48,886 nucleotides of DNA. Origin: Verrucomicrobiota bacterium. GTDB lineage: Bacteria; Verrucomicrobiota; Verrucomicrobiia; Limisphaerales; CANJXF01. Location of the stretch: positions 1 through 48,886 of the forward strand of contig JBBQAX010000001.1 of NCBI GenBank assembly GCA_038316905.1. Reading direction: 5' to 3'. Both the position numbers and the translations under genes were made by a program. Of the stretch, positions 45,760 through 48,886 are shown in pieces (position 1 is the stretch's first letter; each line of letters starts with the position of its first letter). The notes under the pieces are model-generated. The model was not told where the DNA came from, searched no databases, and worked only from the letters and a program-made list of their open reading frames with translations.

Positions 45760-46748
45760 ACGATCTGAGCATGTTATTTTTGATGGTTTTGGGGGTGTGC
45801 GCGGCGTTGGCGTTTCTGCTTTCTGGAATGGAGGCGGGCGTCTTCGCCTTGAACCGTCTTCGCATACGTCAATTGATGCGCGCTGGGAATCCTCGCGCGA
45901 CCGTTCTGCACGGACATTTGGAAAACTCCGAGAACTTTCTCTGGACGATTTTCGTTGGCAATACAGTCGTCACATTTGCGATTTTTACTTTGGTTGGATT
46001 GGCCCTGAACCAAACGCTAAGTAATCAACCGGAATGGAAACTCATCCTGTTTCTCGCCGCGGTATTTCTGTTTTTCATTTTCTGCGAGCTTTTACCCAAG
46101 ACGTTGTTCCGGATGTTTCCAAATCGGCTTTGCCTTTTGCTGGCCCGGCCTTTTCGCATCGTTCATTTCGTCCTGCGCCCACTCGTGGGAATGGCCGCTT
46201 TGTTTACCCGCTGGTTGCTCCCGTGGACTGGCGGTAAAGTTTTTACTGGCCGCCTTTCGGGCAGTCGCGACGAACTTCGTTTCGTGATGCAGGAATCTTC
46301 CCACACGCTTACCTCAGAAGAGAAAACGATGATCAATCGTGTTCTTGATCTCCAGAATGTGACGGTCGCACAGGTTGCCGTTCCGCTTGCCAAAACGATC
46401 ACTGTCGAAACGGGAACTTCTATGCAGGAAGTCCTAAGAATTTCCCGGGAACGAAATCTCACCCGTTTGCCAGTGGTTCGAAGAGACGGCGGGCGCGATC
46501 GCGTCATCGGCGTCATCAGCCTGAAAAAGCTCCTCTACCTCGAGGGATTGGATCTCGCGCGAACCGCAGGCGATTACGTGAACCCCGCGCTTTACCTGAG
46601 CGAAGATATGCGATTGGAAGAAGCGCTTCGTCGGATGCAACGCAGTGGGCGGCGGCTTGCGGTGGTTCTGAGTAGAAATCAGCACGAGATCGGCATCGTG
46701 AGTTTGCAGGACATTCTTAAAACAATCTTCGGAGAGGTAAGTCTATAA
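45756..46748 (+). CDS. CNNM-family paralog lacking the CorC_HlyC C-terminal domain (DUF21 + CBS pair only)
   Basis: 'LLSGMEAGVFALNRLRIRQL' (DUF21) and CBS pair. The protein ends just after 'GIVSLQDILKTIFGEVSL*'. ATGA overlap with the upstream paralog. Confidence 0.8.
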   Translation: MNDLSMLFLMVLGVCAALAFLLSGMEAGVFALNRLRIRQLMRAGNPRATVLHGHLENSENFLWTIFVGNTVVTFAIFTLVGLALNQTLSNQPEWKLILFLAAVFLFFIFCELLPKTLFRMFPNRLCLLLARPFRIVHFVLRPLVGMAALFTRWLLPWTGGKVFTGRLSGSRDELRFVMQESSHTLTSEEKTMINRVLDLQNVTVAQVAVPLAKTITVETGTSMQEVLRISRERNLTRLPVVRRDGGRDRVIGVISLKKLLYLEGLDLARTAGDYVNPALYLSEDMRLEEALRRMQRSGRRLAVVLSRNQHEIGIVSLQDILKTIFGEVSL

Positions 46749-46749
46749 A

Positions 46750-48108
46750 ATGGATTGGGGCATCATCATTCTAAAAATCGTCGCGGTAGTTTTTCTCGTC
46801 CTGCTGAACGGCTTTTTCGTGGCAGCAGAGTTCGCGCTCGTCAAAATTCGTGAGACACAACTTGTCCCATTGGTTAATAAAAACCATCGGCGCGCAAAAA
46901 TTGCCAAACGCATCGTCGGCAATTTGGACGCGGCGCTCAGTTCGACTCAGTTGGGAATTACGTTGGCGAGCTTGGGCCTGGGCTGGATTGGCGAACCGGT
47001 TTTCGCCGATCTTTTGCATCCGGTCATGGATTGGCTCGAGATCAAATCACCGCAAGTGCAGCACGCAGTTTCTTTTGGTGTGGGTTTTTCAGTCATCACT
47101 TTTCTTCACATCGTCGTTGGAGAACTCGCGCCGAAATCTTTGGCAATTCAAAAGCCGTTGCCCGTTTCGCTCTGGGTGGCCGCGCCGCTGGAATGGTTTT
47201 ATAAAACTTCTTATCCATTGATCTGGACGCTCAATCACGCGGCGATGTGGCTCTTGCGCCGGTTTGGAATTGAGCCGGTGAGCGAATCCGAACTCGTTCA
47301 TTCGGAGGAAGAATTGCGCCTTCTTTTCACCGGAACTCACCAACATTCCGGGGGAACCAGACTGGGACGCGACATTGTTTTGAACGCGCTCGATTTGCGC
47401 AATCGCACTGTTCGCGACGTGATGCGCCCGCGCCAGGAAATCGTCGCACTCGACACCGAAGCAACGATCACTGAGTGCCTCGAAGTCGCGGAAAAAACAC
47501 GTTACTCACGTTTTCCGCTGTGCGAATCAGGCAACCTCGACAAAACGCTGGGCGTGATTCATTTCAAAGATTTGTTCGCGATGCGGTCGAAAGTGAAACG
47601 CGCTGAAGAGTTGATTGCCTCCGCGCGTAAGCTGATCTATGTCCCGGAAACGTCGCGATTGGAAAAATTGCTCCAGCTGTTTCTCGAGCGAAAATTACAT
47701 TTTGCCATCGTGGTGGACGAATACGGCGGGACCGTCGGGATGGTGTCGCTGGAAAATATCTTAGAAGAATTGGTTGGGCAAATTCAGGATGAGTTCGACC
47801 AGGAACAACCGTTATTCAAACAGGAAAACGAAGGGACATGGGAAATCGCTGGTGCATTGCCCCTGCATGAGTTGACAGAATTGGTCGGCGAACCGCTTCA
47901 GGAAGAAGGGATCACCACGACGAGCGGTTGGGTGACGCATAAACTCGGTGGATTTCCGAAATTGGGCGACGCCCTGGTGATCGGCAACTTCGATTTGCGC
48001 GTGGAAGAAATGGATGGATTGCGCGTGGCGAAACTCAAGCTGATCAAACGGAAAGAGCAGGGAGGCGAGGCCGAATCACCAAAGCAGGATAAAGAGAATG
48101 AGGAATAA
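46750..48108 (+). CDS. CNNM/HlyC-CorC family transporter (DUF21 + CBS pair + CorC_HlyC)
   Basis: 'LLNGFFVAAEFALVKIRETQL', CBS pair, 'GTWEIAGALPLHELTELVG...FDLRVEEMDGLRVAKLKL'. The ATG lies 1 nt after the upstream stop. Confidence 0.85.
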   Translation: MDWGIIILKIVAVVFLVLLNGFFVAAEFALVKIRETQLVPLVNKNHRRAKIAKRIVGNLDAALSSTQLGITLASLGLGWIGEPVFADLLHPVMDWLEIKSPQVQHAVSFGVGFSVITFLHIVVGELAPKSLAIQKPLPVSLWVAAPLEWFYKTSYPLIWTLNHAAMWLLRRFGIEPVSESELVHSEEELRLLFTGTHQHSGGTRLGRDIVLNALDLRNRTVRDVMRPRQEIVALDTEATITECLEVAEKTRYSRFPLCESGNLDKTLGVIHFKDLFAMRSKVKRAEELIASARKLIYVPETSRLEKLLQLFLERKLHFAIVVDEYGGTVGMVSLENILEELVGQIQDEFDQEQPLFKQENEGTWEIAGALPLHELTELVGEPLQEEGITTTSGWVTHKLGGFPKLGDALVIGNFDLRVEEMDGLRVAKLKLIKRKEQGGEAESPKQDKENEE

Positions 48109-48726
48109 CGGCTGAGCGTCGGGCGGGTGATCGACAGGTTTTTTATCGATGAACCACGGCGTTGTCGCCACGAAAGCCAGCAGCGCGAGAATCATTTGAC
48201 CGACAAAGATTTGCCATTGCAATGGCCCGCCGCGATTCAAACTTGCCGCCAATAAGCTGCTCAATCCCAGGAGCCAGAGACCAAAGTTTTTTGTCCGCCT
48301 TATTTTTTGCAGGAATAATTTTCCGATACCTCGCGCATTTACCAGAGAGATTGTCCAGAGCAGGGGAGCCGTCCATGCCGGAAGAGAATGAAATTCTTCG
48401 TTCAAGACAGGGGTAAAGGACATTCCGAAGACTTTTTCCACGAGATAAACCACGCCGGAAAACAGCGTGGTTGTAACGGCCAGCCCGACGATATTTTGCA
48501 GCGGCAATCTTTGTCCAACCGCGACAAGCGTCGCCACCGTTGCCGAGATCAGGACGAACAGGATTATCAGATTCGGATCTAATCCAAGTTGTTTTCCGAC
48601 CCACGCCGCAAGGAGGCAAATCGCCAGGCAAATCGCAGAAGCAAAGGAACGAAATCGTGCCAGGAATATTTTCCGACGACCTTTAGCGCCCGGGACAATC
48701 GGTGCACTCTGTAACTCACGACTCAT
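48076..48726 (-). CDS. hypothetical integral membrane protein (216 aa)
   Basis: About six hydrophobic helices and no family motif recognised. Its 3' end overlaps the convergent CNNM gene by 33 nt. Confidence 0.5.
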   Translation of the reverse strand: MSRELQSAPIVPGAKGRRKIFLARFRSFASAICLAICLLAAWVGKQLGLDPNLIILFVLISATVATLVAVGQRLPLQNIVGLAVTTTLFSGVVYLVEKVFGMSFTPVLNEEFHSLPAWTAPLLWTISLVNARGIGKLFLQKIRRTKNFGLWLLGLSSLLAASLNRGGPLQWQIFVGQMILALLAFVATTPWFIDKKPVDHPPDAQPLFLILFILLW

Positions 48727-48886
48727 GGTGCAAAAAACTAGTCGAGGAGCGCCGGAGCCAAAAGCCCAATTCCGCCTGATGGTGTTTTGTGGGTGTAATT
48801 AAAAGTGGGTGAGGAAAGTGAAGGTTTTCGGCGAATAAAATGTACAAATATAGCCATTTCATTAAATACAGTGGGGATGAAAGAGA

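Noticed and set aside
48076-48108. 33-nt overlap of the convergent 3' ends of the third CNNM gene and the 216-aa membrane protein gene.
   Set aside because: It probably reflects loosely constrained C-terminal tails (an acidic tail on one strand, hydrophobic on the other). There is no evidence of functional antisense coupling.

Overview
This is a 48.9-kb, mostly housekeeping chromosomal segment. The gene content (a DUF1553/DUF1501 pair, Tat-signal enzymes, an FtsZ-containing dcw cluster) suggests a PVC-group bacterium, most likely Verrucomicrobiota; that assignment is inference only. Left to right the window contains: a DUF1553 (partial)/DUF1501 pair; a ~1.3-kb accessory patch with orphan small ORFs, palindromic repeats and two extra copies of a gene 3' end; a 1019-aa acyltransferase/permuted-papain fusion protein; a deoxyhypusine-synthase-like gene; mscS; a Tat-exported TIM-barrel isomerase; a small lipoprotein; sugE/gdx with a divergent AraC regulator; an operon of TonB-dependent receptor, tonB, exbB, exbD and a coiled-coil protein; cysS; tmk; rpsT; a low-GC patch; an aldolase/SDR fusion; an Amidase_3 amidase; a PduO-type adenosyltransferase; and queA. 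Next comes an ~18-kb dcw cluster: mraZ-(orf)-rsmH-ftsL-ftsI-(SIMPL)-murF-(59-aa orf)-mraY-murD-(LysM)-ftsW-murG-murB-ddl-ftsQ-ftsA-ftsZ. The window ends with a HEAT-repeat protein, three tandem CNNM/CorC paralogs and a membrane protein. I saw no rRNA, tRNA, CRISPR array, transposase, integrase or recognisable defence/toxin module. I did not find a convincing self-contained novel multi-gene system. The most unusual observations are: (i) non-canonical dcw content, with murE and murC absent and four extra, tightly coupled ORFs, one below the ORF-track cutoff; (ii) a triplicated, mosaic 3' gene end beside the large acyltransferase gene; (iii) several distinct palindromic repeat families, one sitting in-frame inside a CDS. 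All functional calls rest on motif recognition by eye and no searches were run.
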